From IMG/VR virus record IMGVR_UViG_3300022591_000004, positions 31,669-95,668 of that record: a stretch of DNA of 64,000 nt, one strand, 5' to 3'. The position numbers and the translations under genes were made by a program. Origin of the DNA: a virus. The notes beneath the pieces are model-generated. The model was not told where the DNA came from. It saw only the letters and a program-made list of their open reading frames with translations, and did not search any database. This document shows, one piece after another, positions 36,015 through 45,621 of this stretch; position 1 is the stretch's first letter; each line of letters opens with the position of its first letter.

Positions 36015-37260
36015 TTTGTATCATGCTAACATTTACTGCAGTTGTTCCCGCATCTGTCAAAACAATACTGAGGCTTCCATCAGTTCCTGTTGCTATAGTG
36101 TGATTTATTGTTCCACCTATTTCCACAACGCCAATTTCTGTATAACTACAGCTTGTTGCAACATCATTAGAAATAATTAAAAACTTCGAAATTCTTGAGT
36201 TTGAACCCTGCGACATTCTAACAGTTGTTTCAGTACCAGTGGATGCATATGAGCCTGCAATTTGAAAACTGTCTCCATCATTTGTATATGTTTGATAGAC
36301 GCCAGACACTAACTTACCGTTACTTAAATGAACTGTACCATTAACATACGCATCACCAGAATCGAACCTACTATTAGTAGAAAGGCCTCCGTTGACGTAT
36401 ACGGTGCCATTAATATTTAGATGTTGAGGTGCATCGATTCGCATTCCACCTTCACCTAAAAAGGTGATGTACTCCTGAGGATTAGTAGATGCTCCTGTTG
36501 GGTCAACGTTTCCAATATAAGACGCTACTGATGAGTTGATTCCAGCTCCGCCAATAAACTGTCCCAAAGGACCGCCATAACTAGAGGCGCTTAAAGGGCC
36601 TTGCCAATACGTATTAACAGGGGCAGTGATTCCACGACCAGGAAGACCAAGAAATGAACGAACAGGTATAGCTGTAGCCGTATAATCTCCTTCTGTAGGG
36701 TCGCCATACAAGTAGTGGTCAATCCATGTTTGAATATTTGTCCAGTCTAATCCCGTGCTATACATGCCTTCATACGTATCCCATCTAATAACTTGTGTAG
36801 GGTCATTAGGGTTAACAACGCTTGTCCAACCACTAGAGTCCCAGCTGTTATTTGGAAAGTACCCATAACCGCTGCCAAAAACTCCCATGCCGTAATTAGC
36901 ATACGTACCAACAGCAGTATCCCCACCAAGAGCGGCAAAAGCCTCCGCTAAATTAGGCAGTCTCCAGTCCGTGTACCCGTTCTGATTAAATGCTGCACAA
37001 TATGCCTGCGCATCGGCCCACGTATAGTTTCCTTGGGTACTGAGGACACTAACATCGGCATACATTTCAGAAAAAAGACTTGTAGCAGGGTCGTAGTAAA
37101 AAACAACTCCACCACCAGGACCCGTGTCGCTATAGTTGTAGGTCTTTAGTGCCGCAGAACCGATAGAGCCATCGGTGTTTACTTTTACAACTTGATTAGG
37201 GTTGGAAGAAATAGAACCAACCGAAAGCCCGTTCTTTACTTGAAAGTTTTTATCTGACAT
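36004..37260 (-). CDS. Fibre tip protein with DUF1566/Lcl C-type-lectin-like domain
   Basis: MSDKNFQVKNGL N-terminus; TGPGGG.VFY, TWADAQAYC..GYTDWRLP, PVRSF. Confidence 0.75.
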   Translation of the reverse strand: MSDKNFQVKNGLSVGSISSNPNQVVKVNTDGSIGSAALKTYNYSDTGPGGGVVFYYDPATSLFSEMYADVSVLSTQGNYTWADAQAYCAAFNQNGYTDWRLPNLAEAFAALGGDTAVGTYANYGMGVFGSGYGYFPNNSWDSSGWTSVVNPNDPTQVIRWDTYEGMYSTGLDWTNIQTWIDHYLYGDPTEGDYTATAIPVRSFLGLPGRGITAPVNTYWQGPLSASSYGGPLGQFIGGAGINSSVASYIGNVDPTGASTNPQEYITFLGEGGMRIDAPQHLNINGTVYVNGGLSTNSRFDSGDAYVNGTVHLSNGKLVSGVYQTYTNDGDSFQIAGSYASTGTETTVRMSQGSNSRISKFLIISNDVATSCSYTEIGVVEIGGTINHTIATGTDGSLSIVLTDAGTTAVNVSMIQTIL

Positions 37261-37295
37261 ATAAGTTCACTATCCCTTATGTAGTAGTTATTAGT

Positions 37296-40200
37296 TTATA
37301 AAGATACGCGCTGTACTTTTACAGTGGCGTTTGTATACGTTCCTGATTGAGCGATAGTCGCTGTAAGGGTCATATCAGAACCAGACACAACTGCCTCAAT
37401 AACTGGCTCACCAGTTCCCGCGCCTACTATGTTAATAATTCCATACTCAACATAGTTGACAGACGTTCCATCTGTCTGTACAAGCACCTCAGAGCTTCTA
37501 ATATCTGTACCATGTACGATAGAAACTACGTACTTAAGAGTAGTAAACGAGCTAAGAGCAACAGTGTCAATAACGGCTGTTGCAGAAGAGGTTACTGTAG
37601 TAGTAACTACGGTAGCTCCAGTAGCGCCCTGAGTTCCTTGAGCGCCTTGCGCTCCTTGAATACCTGCGGTGCCTTGGGTACCTATACCCGTAGTTCCTTG
37701 TAAACCCCGAGTTCCTTGAGCTCCAGTTGTACCAGTAGCTCCTTGCGCACCAGTTATGCCCTGAGCACCTGTAGAGCCAGTTGCGCCCTGAGCACCTGTT
37801 GTTCCTGTTGTTCCCTGAGCACCAGTTGAACCAATAGCTCCTTGTGTACCAGTTACTCCCTGAGCTCCAGTTGAACCTTGGGTACCAGTTGTGCCTTGTA
37901 AGCCTGTGGTTCCCTGTGCGCCAGTTGTGCCTTGGATACCTACCGCACCATCAAGGTTTACTGTCCAAGAAGCGTATGTTCCAGAGCCGACAATTCTGTC
38001 ATTAGTAAAGGTAAGAGAGCCTGTACCTGAGTTGTACGCACTAACAGTTCCGTAGACAAGGTTAGAGATAGTGTTAGCTACTACGATGTTTTGACCAACA
38101 GAGTAATTAAGTGCAGTACCTACTGTGATAGTAGTTGTACCAGTTCCTGTTAAAGTAAAGGATGTAGTAGATGAGGTAGCGTACTTATCGCTAGCAGTTC
38201 CTTGAATACCTTGCGTTCCTTGAGAACCTTGGGTACCATTTGAGCCGTTAGTACCTTGAGCACCAGTTGCTCCTTGAGCACCAGTGGTTCCCGTGGTTCC
38301 TTGCGTACCTGTTGAGCCTGTAGAACCCTGAGCTCCAGTAGTTCCTTGCGCACCTGTCGAACCCGTAGAACCCGTATAGCCTTGTGTACCAGTAGCGCCT
38401 TGAGTTCCTTGAGCACCCTGAAGCCCTGTTAAGTTATCGTACGGCTCAAACCACTCTGTACCGTCATAAATATATAGGCGACCATCCGTAGTGTTAAGCC
38501 AAGTAGTTCCTGTTGCAGGAGTAGCAGGAACTGTGGCAGAGACAATGTAGACACCTTGTGCGCCTTGAACGCCCTGGAGTCCTTGTGTTCCCTGGGTGCC
38601 TTGTGCACCTGTTGCACCAGTTGTGCCCTGAGAGCCTGTTGTACCTTGTGTTCCCTGCGCTCCAGTAGTTCCTTGAGAGCCAGTAGAACCAGTACTTCCT
38701 TGAGCACCTGTGTTTCCTGTGGTTCCTTGAGCACCTGTAAATCCTTGAGTACCTTGAGTACCTTGAGTACCTTGAGAACCAGTAGTTCCTTGTGCTCCTG
38801 TAGAGCCTTGGATACCTGTAGTTCCTTGGATACCTTGGGTTCCTTGGATACCTTGGTAATTAACTTGAGTGACGCGAACAAATGCTCCCGCTGATGCAGG
38901 AACTGGAGATGCTGCAGTCGCGTAGTTTAGGTACACGTTTGTGGAATCGGCGTTCCAATACACTTCGTAGTAATCGCCAGCAGTTGCGTTAACTTGCCAT
39001 ACCCAGTTAGTGATTGTTGGGGTAGTGCTAGATACTTCAGAGTCAAAAGCTGTAGATGCTGCAGTGGCGCCGTTTTTAACAAGCCAGAAGTTTGCTACGT
39101 GATTTCCTGCGCCAGTTAAAACGAGTTGACCAGCAAAATCAATCATGTATGTGCCAGTTACTGGCATTGTTACACGAGTAAGGGCAGAACCATTTGATAC
39201 TAGAGTTACACCGTTGTTAATATTGGTAGTGTCAAAAATAACTGCTGCTCCGCCAGTTGTGGCGGTTTGGTCTGCAGTTGAGTAGAAAGAGCCGTAGTTA
39301 GAGATGGCTCCACCAGCACCAGTGGCACCAGTTGCTCCTTGAACACCTACACCAGATGTTTGGGTAAAGACAATATTATCTGTTCCAATACGGATAGTTC
39401 CATCTGAGTTAGAACCGTTTCCAATTTCTAACCAAACGGTTTGTCCGTAAGATGTTCCATCAGTTACGAAGATGTAGTCGCCCTCTTCAACCTGACCAAC
39501 AACATGGTTGTCATAGTCAGTGGCTCGGGTAATCTTCCAAGGCCTACCACCAGGGTTGTTCTTACCAGTATCAGTTACTGTGTAGACACCATTTTGTTTT
39601 TGGTCAGCCTGACCAACAATAAGGAGGCGGTCACCAACAGCTAGATTTGGGGTTGTATATCCGTCTACAGAAAGAACCGCGTTAGCTCCAGCCTGAATGT
39701 AAGCCCCTACGCCCGTTCCGTTTTCGGCATCAGCAGAGCCTGCATAATATGTGCAAGAGTTATCAAGAGGCGTTGTTTGTACAGCCTCTACTGATTGGTG
39801 GGCATTCTGTGAAGATACAGGTCCAACAGCTCCCTGCACACCTTGAGTACCTTGAGTACCTTGAGTGCCCTGGGTTCCTTGCAGACCTTGTGTGCCCTGA
39901 ATACCCTGAGCACCAGTACTGCCCTGTGTGCCAACATAGCCTTGGGTACCCGTTGCTCCTTGAGAGCCAGTAGTTCCTTGCGTACCGTTAACACCTTGTG
40001 TGCCCTGAGAGCCTGTGTTTCCATTAGCTCCTTGCGCACCAGTATTTCCTTGAGTTCCTTGAAGTCCTTGAAGCCCTTGAGAACCAGTATAACCTTGAGT
40101 GCCAGTTAAACCCTGAACTCCTGTGTATCCCTGAGCACCCTGAGTTCCTTGGATACCTTGGGCACCAGTGGTTCCTTGAACAGTAGGAACATTGACATCA

Positions 40201-40541
40201 ATAGTATTTTGCGCTGAATGGTAAGTAAAGTTAATGTTTGTGTGGGTGCCGCTATTGAGGGCATCTGCAACTAATTCGGTGTGAAAGTACTTATTTGTAG
40301 CGCCTTCAAGAAGGTCATCTGTAGAGCCTAAAGCTGCGCCCGAAACAGCATTAGCAATCTCTGTAGCTAAATCTGTGGGTGTAACTGTCGCATAGTCAAG
40401 GTCTCGCCAAGAGTGAATTCCATCGCCAATTTTAAATTTGCCTGTGTTAGTCTCAAAACCAATTTCGCCTTGAGCAAGCTCTGGGTTACTATCGTGCCAA
40501 GTGGTGGAGATACCACGACGTACTTGAATCTTTGTTGCCAT
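37296..40541 (-). CDS. Long collagen-like fibre with Mtd_N-type N-terminal domain
   Basis: MATKIQVRRG..W...NPELAQGEIGFETNTGKFKIGDG; several G-X-Q/T collagen blocks separated by globular domains. Confidence 0.85.
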   Translation of the reverse strand: MATKIQVRRGISTTWHDSNPELAQGEIGFETNTGKFKIGDGIHSWRDLDYATVTPTDLATEIANAVSGAALGSTDDLLEGATNKYFHTELVADALNSGTHTNINFTYHSAQNTIDVNVPTVQGTTGAQGIQGTQGAQGYTGVQGLTGTQGYTGSQGLQGLQGTQGNTGAQGANGNTGSQGTQGVNGTQGTTGSQGATGTQGYVGTQGSTGAQGIQGTQGLQGTQGTQGTQGTQGVQGAVGPVSSQNAHQSVEAVQTTPLDNSCTYYAGSADAENGTGVGAYIQAGANAVLSVDGYTTPNLAVGDRLLIVGQADQKQNGVYTVTDTGKNNPGGRPWKITRATDYDNHVVGQVEEGDYIFVTDGTSYGQTVWLEIGNGSNSDGTIRIGTDNIVFTQTSGVGVQGATGATGAGGAISNYGSFYSTADQTATTGGAAVIFDTTNINNGVTLVSNGSALTRVTMPVTGTYMIDFAGQLVLTGAGNHVANFWLVKNGATAASTAFDSEVSSTTPTITNWVWQVNATAGDYYEVYWNADSTNVYLNYATAASPVPASAGAFVRVTQVNYQGIQGTQGIQGTTGIQGSTGAQGTTGSQGTQGTQGTQGFTGAQGTTGNTGAQGSTGSTGSQGTTGAQGTQGTTGSQGTTGATGAQGTQGTQGLQGVQGAQGVYIVSATVPATPATGTTWLNTTDGRLYIYDGTEWFEPYDNLTGLQGAQGTQGATGTQGYTGSTGSTGAQGTTGAQGSTGSTGTQGTTGTTGAQGATGAQGTNGSNGTQGSQGTQGIQGTASDKYATSSTTSFTLTGTGTTTITVGTALNYSVGQNIVVANTISNLVYGTVSAYNSGTGSLTFTNDRIVGSGTYASWTVNLDGAVGIQGTTGAQGTTGLQGTTGTQGSTGAQGVTGTQGAIGSTGAQGTTGTTGAQGATGSTGAQGITGAQGATGTTGAQGTRGLQGTTGIGTQGTAGIQGAQGAQGTQGATGATVVTTTVTSSATAVIDTVALSSFTTLKYVVSIVHGTDIRSSEVLVQTDGTSVNYVEYGIINIVGAGTGEPVIEAVVSGSDMTLTATIAQSGTYTNATVKVQRVSL

Positions 40542-40757
40542 TTAAGCATTTCCTCCATCAATTGGTTCAGTCCCACCAAAATTTGTGTCTACCATTCCAC
40601 CGTCCATGTTGCCCGTATTTAAGGCGCTCCATGCGCTGCCGTCGTATACGTAAACAGTGTTCTCAGTAGTATTGTAATACAGTTCGCCTGCAGATGTGCC
40701 CGTAGGGTCGCTCGCAGCCGCTAGGAGACCTAGCGGTACGAGGAAGCTACGGGCCAT
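40542..40757 (-). CDS. Small fibre adaptor, 71 aa
   Basis: MARSFLVP, GELYYNTT..VYVYDGSAW, two DGG motifs at the C-terminus. Confidence 0.7.
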   Translation of the reverse strand: MARSFLVPLGLLAAASDPTGTSAGELYYNTTENTVYVYDGSAWSALNTGNMDGGMVDTNFGGTEPIDGGNA

Positions 40758-40769
40758 CTACTTATATCC

Positions 40770-43040
40770 TTAAGCTATTACTACTACTCGGTAGGTATCT
40801 ACGAGTTGAGGTGCTACGGCAAAACCAACTGAAGCTGTAGTTGAGTTTACAGTAATATCGGTTTCAACCTTAGCTCCTGAAGCGTCGTAAACAGATATTT
40901 CAACATCTGCAGTTCCCAAATTGTGAGTGATTGGGAAGCTTGTTGTAGACGCGTTTCCAGTGATAGTTGTTGCGTACTTCTTGCCATCAACATAGCCACG
41001 GGTAGCAACTTCGTTACCTGCAGCAGCTGAGCCAACATACGCGTTACCGTCAGCGTTAAGAACTATGTCTCCGCCGTTCGAGGTAACGTTTACATCGCTC
41101 TGAGCAATAAGGTTCAACTTGTAGGCATTTGACTCTACAGTCATGTCACCTGTTGAGTTGTCTACCGAGATGTGGTTATTTGTTGAACCAGCACCACCAG
41201 CAGATTGGAAGGTAACATCACCTGTGAATGTTGGGGCAGCCTTAGGCGCCTTAGCATCCAACTGTGTCTGGATGTTAGAGGTCACACCATCAAGGTATGA
41301 AATCTCTGTCGAAGAAACAGTTACTGAGTTTACATACGTGAGTGTGTAACTCTGAGAAGGACTCTCATAATTTCCACCCGAAATGTTTGTTGCAGGTAAA
41401 GAAATGGTGTCTATAAAGTTGGTTGTAGGTGTACCATTTTTAGTAAAGGTAACTACGTGGCCATTATTGCCTGTGAACGTTAGTACTGTTCCGTTAGGAA
41501 TAGACGACAAAGTAGAAATGTCGTTTAGTGTCTTAGGGCCAGTTCCAAACTCAACAGTTCCTGAACCACTTGTGTAGAAGTAGGTTGAAGTAGAATCACT
41601 CCACCAATTGCTTCTGTCAACCGTTACGGTAGAACCAACTGTTACTGTTGGGTTATTGAAGGTAGGAGCATCACTAACGGAGATTGTATTTCCGCTAAAT
41701 GAGATGTTTGTACCTGCAGTGTATTCACCAGCAGCAGAGAACTGTGTCCATGTTCCAGCGGTTGCATCAGAAAGAATCCAACCTTGTGCGGCATGAGTTC
41801 CTTCTTCTACGAATACGAAGTCTCCCTTTGCAGGAGTTCCTTCGTCTGTTGCACGAGATAGGCTAACTCCGCCAGCAATATCAGATGCAACATAGATGCC
41901 GTTTTCAGAAGAGGTTGACTGGTCTTTAAGAAGAGCACGGTCTCCATCTGCAAGAGTGACCCCATCAAGAGTGAATACTCCTAACAGGTTAGATACGTTT
42001 GCAGAGGAAGCAACTCGTACAGAGTTCTTAACATTGAGCCCCTGAGCGACACCATCTACGTATGTCTTGGTAGCGATTACTGATGTATCAACAACGAGCT
42101 TAGTGGCGTCTGTGCCATCTGCAGTAAGTCCTGAACCGTAGTTAACAGCAAGACCAGTACCATCAGTTGTAAGGCCGAAGCCCTTGGCTACACCAAGCTG
42201 TGTTCCGTCTCCAGCTGATGTGGAAAGGGTTGAGTCTGGATTAACAACCAAGTTGTTGCTTGAAAGTCCAAGACCATTACCGTAGTTAAGGCTAAGGGCT
42301 CCTGAACCACCATCTACTGCTAGTGGACCATTAACAGAGAGGATTCCAGCGTTATAGCCTTGTGCACCCTGCATACCGTCGGCGCCTTGAGCACCGTCAT
42401 TACCATTGTAACCTTGAGCACCTTGTGCTCCGTCATTACCATTGTAACCTTGAGCACCTTGAACGCCTTGAAGCATAGCGTTGTTGATGTCAAGGATGGT
42501 TGCAATCTGGTTATCTGAAGATACTGAGCCAACGTATGCGTGGTCTCCTGAAGCAGGATTAAGAACAATGTTGTTAGAGGCTGTTACAGTGAAGTCACCA
42601 GAGCCGCCAACGTTTACTGTTGAATCGCCACTCTTGAAGAAACCATCAGTAGATAGCTGTGACTCTACGTTAGAGTAATTAAGGGTAAGGTTGCTTGAGC
42701 CATCGATAGTAAAGTCACTATTAACGCCAAGAATACCTGCGTTGTAACCTTGAGCACCCTGGGCACCATCGTTACCTGCTGCACCTTGGATACCCTGTGT
42801 TCCTTGGGAACCATCATTGCCGTTGGCGCCTTGGATACCCTGAGTACCTTGTGCTCCATCATTACCGATAGATGCGTTGAGCCAAGATGTTCCGTTCCAT
42901 GAACGAAGATAGCCAAGCGTTGTGTCAAAGTAAATCTGACCAATAGCTGGGCTAGATGGCGCGGAAGCCAGATTCTGGATTACCGCATTTTGCAGTTCGA
43001 GCTGCGTTAAATCAATTGGGGTTAAAAACTTACGTGCCAC
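40770..43040 (-). CDS. Fibre protein with collagen-like and beta-repeat segments
   Basis: MARKFLTP, GAQ repeats, ATKTYVD, ENGIYV, C-terminal THNLG domain. Confidence 0.8.
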   Translation of the reverse strand: MARKFLTPIDLTQLELQNAVIQNLASAPSSPAIGQIYFDTTLGYLRSWNGTSWLNASIGNDGAQGTQGIQGANGNDGSQGTQGIQGAAGNDGAQGAQGYNAGILGVNSDFTIDGSSNLTLNYSNVESQLSTDGFFKSGDSTVNVGGSGDFTVTASNNIVLNPASGDHAYVGSVSSDNQIATILDINNAMLQGVQGAQGYNGNDGAQGAQGYNGNDGAQGADGMQGAQGYNAGILSVNGPLAVDGGSGALSLNYGNGLGLSSNNLVVNPDSTLSTSAGDGTQLGVAKGFGLTTDGTGLAVNYGSGLTADGTDATKLVVDTSVIATKTYVDGVAQGLNVKNSVRVASSANVSNLLGVFTLDGVTLADGDRALLKDQSTSSENGIYVASDIAGGVSLSRATDEGTPAKGDFVFVEEGTHAAQGWILSDATAGTWTQFSAAGEYTAGTNISFSGNTISVSDAPTFNNPTVTVGSTVTVDRSNWWSDSTSTYFYTSGSGTVEFGTGPKTLNDISTLSSIPNGTVLTFTGNNGHVVTFTKNGTPTTNFIDTISLPATNISGGNYESPSQSYTLTYVNSVTVSSTEISYLDGVTSNIQTQLDAKAPKAAPTFTGDVTFQSAGGAGSTNNHISVDNSTGDMTVESNAYKLNLIAQSDVNVTSNGGDIVLNADGNAYVGSAAAGNEVATRGYVDGKKYATTITGNASTTSFPITHNLGTADVEISVYDASGAKVETDITVNSTTASVGFAVAPQLVDTYRVVVIA

Positions 43041-43053
43041 TCTGTTATCTCCT

Positions 43054-44022
43054 TTAAGATAGGTAAGCGTTGCCTGCGAATTGGTTTGAGAAGGTGAGAG
43101 TTAATGAGTCCAGAGTGGTGTACGAAATCTCTCCTTCGTAAATTGTACCGCCTGAATCACGAACTGTAACGTTAGGGTAGAACCCTAAGTTATGATTAAC
43201 GACCCAAGTACTAGCCGCCACCGACTGAGTGTGTACGTAAGACACTCGGGAAGTAGTGAAGTACTTGTTTACAGTTCCTTCAGGAAGGTCGTCTGTTGAT
43301 GCAAGGGAAATTCCAGCAATAGCATCAGCTAGTTGCTGGGCAGAAATACCCCCACCTTGTAGACCTTGAATACCTTGAGCACCTTGTGCGCCCTGAGTAC
43401 CCGTACCTGTCGTTCCCTGTAAACCTTGTGTTCCTTGGGTGCCATTTGCACCTTGGATGCCTTGTGCTCCTTGTGAGCCATTAGCTCCTTGAATACCTGC
43501 GGCTCCTTGCACACCTGTAGCGCCTTGAATTCCGCCAGCACCTTGAATACCCTGAGCTCCTACGGGACCAACTGCTCCCTGAATACCTTGAGTTCCGCCA
43601 GCACCTTGAACTCCTGCAGCACCCTGAATTCCTTGAGCGCCTTGTGCTCCCGAACCAGTAGCACCTTGAATGCCTTGAGCACCTGAGATGCTTCCTACGT
43701 TCTCCCAAGCGCTGCCATTCCATACATAAAGCAAACCAGATACTAAGTAAGCATCCCCAGAGTTTCCTGTAGGATGTGCGGCAACAAGTTCAGCTTGAGA
43801 TGAGTACGAACCAAGAATAGAAACAGATTTTCCTGCAATACCTTGTGCACCCTGAATACCAGTACCTGTTGCGCCCTGTATGCCTTGTGCACCCTGCATA
43901 CCTTGTGCGCCTTGTACACCGCGTGCGCCACCCTGTCCTACAACAACAACATTAGGTCCCTGTGGATTAACATTTTGGATGCCGCAGGTGTGACGCGTGC
44001 CCACGCAACGACATCTAGTCAA
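43054..44022 (-). CDS. Collagen-like fibre protein
   Basis: G-X-Q repeats, STDDLPEG..NKYF, C-terminal NHNLG domain. Confidence 0.8.
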   Translation of the reverse strand: MTRCRCVGTRHTCGIQNVNPQGPNVVVVGQGGARGVQGAQGMQGAQGIQGATGTGIQGAQGIAGKSVSILGSYSSQAELVAAHPTGNSGDAYLVSGLLYVWNGSAWENVGSISGAQGIQGATGSGAQGAQGIQGAAGVQGAGGTQGIQGAVGPVGAQGIQGAGGIQGATGVQGAAGIQGANGSQGAQGIQGANGTQGTQGLQGTTGTGTQGAQGAQGIQGLQGGGISAQQLADAIAGISLASTDDLPEGTVNKYFTTSRVSYVHTQSVAASTWVVNHNLGFYPNVTVRDSGGTIYEGEISYTTLDSLTLTFSNQFAGNAYLS

Positions 44023-45085
44023 GGGTCACCTGCTGAGTGGTGAAGACCTGCCCACGAAGATAGGTGTTTTCATAGCTACTGTCGTCTGTGGCTGTTGCCT
44101 GCAGGTCCCAAAATGCGCGAGGAGGAATGTAGGCCGTAGAGCTACGGTCTAGTGACAAACGAAGTTTGCTTAGGCTTTCAGATGTAGAGATAACTTCAAT
44201 ATTAAATGAGGCGTACAAAGAAGGGGCATTGGGATATGTGCGAATTTGCGCTTTCCAAGTAAGGCCCGTGATATCAAACGGAAAGTCTATTTCTTCTGCA
44301 TAAGAGTCACCTTGGTACAAAACAATATCTTGAATCTCTACATAGCTTGGGAAAGGTTCTCGTCCCATAAGGTCATTCTGAATATATACGCGTTCTGGGG
44401 CACGAGAATCGTCAATTTCTTGAGCCATGTACACAGGAACAAGCTTGTTGGTAGTACGAGAAACGCGTCGAAGCGTTCCCATCTCCGTACGCCATAAACC
44501 AATATTAAGCTGAGCACATAGCTGGTGGTACTGGTCCCATCGGTTTTGGATAGTCTCAGTTAGCTGGCGGTACCGTTCAGAGCGCGGAATACTTACGCCA
44601 TCTGGTGCAGCGATATCAATATCAAAAGAGGCGTCTGTAGCAAGTGCCCATAGAGCCTCAATAGTTGCAAGAATAGCAATTGGGTATTCCTCGACAGGAG
44701 GAATAAGTCCGATAGTCATTTGACTACCTAAACCATTTGTTCGTTGATACGTGTGCTGAGTAACAGCGGTATTAACAAAAGTGCATATATCGTCATCTGT
44801 AAAGTAACGAAAAACATTTCCTGTAATAACAACAGAAGAGTTTGCTGGGGGAGCGGTAATAAAGTGAATGACACCGACGTCAGGTTCTGCGGTGTAGCCT
44901 GTCGGGTAGGCTACTGGGGACCCATTAACGGATACTACTAAGGTATTCAGGTCAATAGGGTGAATAGCTAAAGGGTAGTCTTTAGTAGACCCATCTCCCG
45001 TAAAGCTAAGAGCAAACTGTTTTGGCTGGTCACCTAGCTCTAAGCGTACGCGTGAGGTCAAATCGTACAAGTTTGCCACGTACAC
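44015..45085 (-). CDS. Head-tail adaptor with additional Ig-like domains
   Basis: RVRLELGD..YFTDDDI adaptor motif; C-terminal LYQGDS..DITG..WKAQIR (BppU-like) domain. Confidence 0.7.
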   Translation of the reverse strand: MYVANLYDLTSRVRLELGDQPKQFALSFTGDGSTKDYPLAIHPIDLNTLVVSVNGSPVAYPTGYTAEPDVGVIHFITAPPANSSVVITGNVFRYFTDDDICTFVNTAVTQHTYQRTNGLGSQMTIGLIPPVEEYPIAILATIEALWALATDASFDIDIAAPDGVSIPRSERYRQLTETIQNRWDQYHQLCAQLNIGLWRTEMGTLRRVSRTTNKLVPVYMAQEIDDSRAPERVYIQNDLMGREPFPSYVEIQDIVLYQGDSYAEEIDFPFDITGLTWKAQIRTYPNAPSLYASFNIEVISTSESLSKLRLSLDRSSTAYIPPRAFWDLQATATDDSSYENTYLRGQVFTTQQVTLD

Positions 45086-45144
45086 TCCTTACTACGGTAT
45101 ATCCAATGATGACGCTAAATCTCAAAAAAATCTCTACATACGAA

Positions 45145-45167
45145 GAAGGCGCCCCGAAAGGCGCCCA
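45145..45167 (-). terminator. Intrinsic terminator
   Basis: GGGCGCCC-TTTC-GGGGCGCC followed by TTCTT on the minus strand. Confidence 0.6.
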
Positions 45168-45185
45168 CTCCAACCGCATAACGTT

Positions 45186-45548
45186 TTAGATAACGTTTGC
45201 TAGGTAACCTTTTTCTTGAAGGTGCTGAGCAACGTGCTTAGTAACCTTATACTTTTGGCCCTTTTTAAAGTTGTAGTTATTACCCGAGCCAAGGGTCATA
45301 TTCTCGATATCCTCAACTACACGAATAACAACATCTGCGTCATTACTCAATACGGTTGGCTCATCTACGATAACTGTCTGACGGTCTGGAACAGTCGCGT
45401 CAACAACTTCTGTTTCTAGCTTAATCTGTGCCTCGGCTGTTGCCATAGACATAGAACTTGCACGTCCTTGCATCTCTTCGAGGTTAGCTTCGACCATAGC
45501 TTCACGCACACGGCCAGTAACGTCGGAGGGCTTTGCTTTTGCTGCCAT
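45186..45548 (-). CDS. Hypothetical protein downstream of the capsid gene
   Basis: SD GGAG before MAAKAK. Confidence 0.7.
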   Translation of the reverse strand: MAAKAKPSDVTGRVREAMVEANLEEMQGRASSMSMATAEAQIKLETEVVDATVPDRQTVIVDEPTVLSNDADVVIRVVEDIENMTLGSGNNYNFKKGQKYKVTKHVAQHLQEKGYLANVI

Positions 45549-45581
45549 TGTATTTTTCTCCAATTTAATGTCTCGGTTAGA

Positions 45582-45608
45582 TAAGACGGGCCCCGAAGGG
45601 CCCGCCCT
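45582..45608 (-). terminator. Hairpin terminator after the major capsid gene
   Basis: GCGGGCCC-TTCG-GGGCCCGT with a UUCG loop. Confidence 0.75.
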
Positions 45609-45621
45609 TTAAGCTATTTAA

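Noticed and set aside
36004-37260. Diversity-generating retroelement target (DUF1566/CLec domain)
   Set aside because: No reverse transcriptase and no template repeat differing only at adenines was seen in this window. One could lie elsewhere in the genome.
37600-43930. CRISPR-like repeat array
   Set aside because: The repeats are in-frame coding triplets without unique spacers, and there are no cas genes.
37296-44043. Many alternative-frame and antisense ORFs (VLKVLK..., LSTLST...)
   Set aside because: They are shadows of the 9 bp collagen periodicity and lack RBS or operon logic. The same applies to most plus-strand ORFs in the track.
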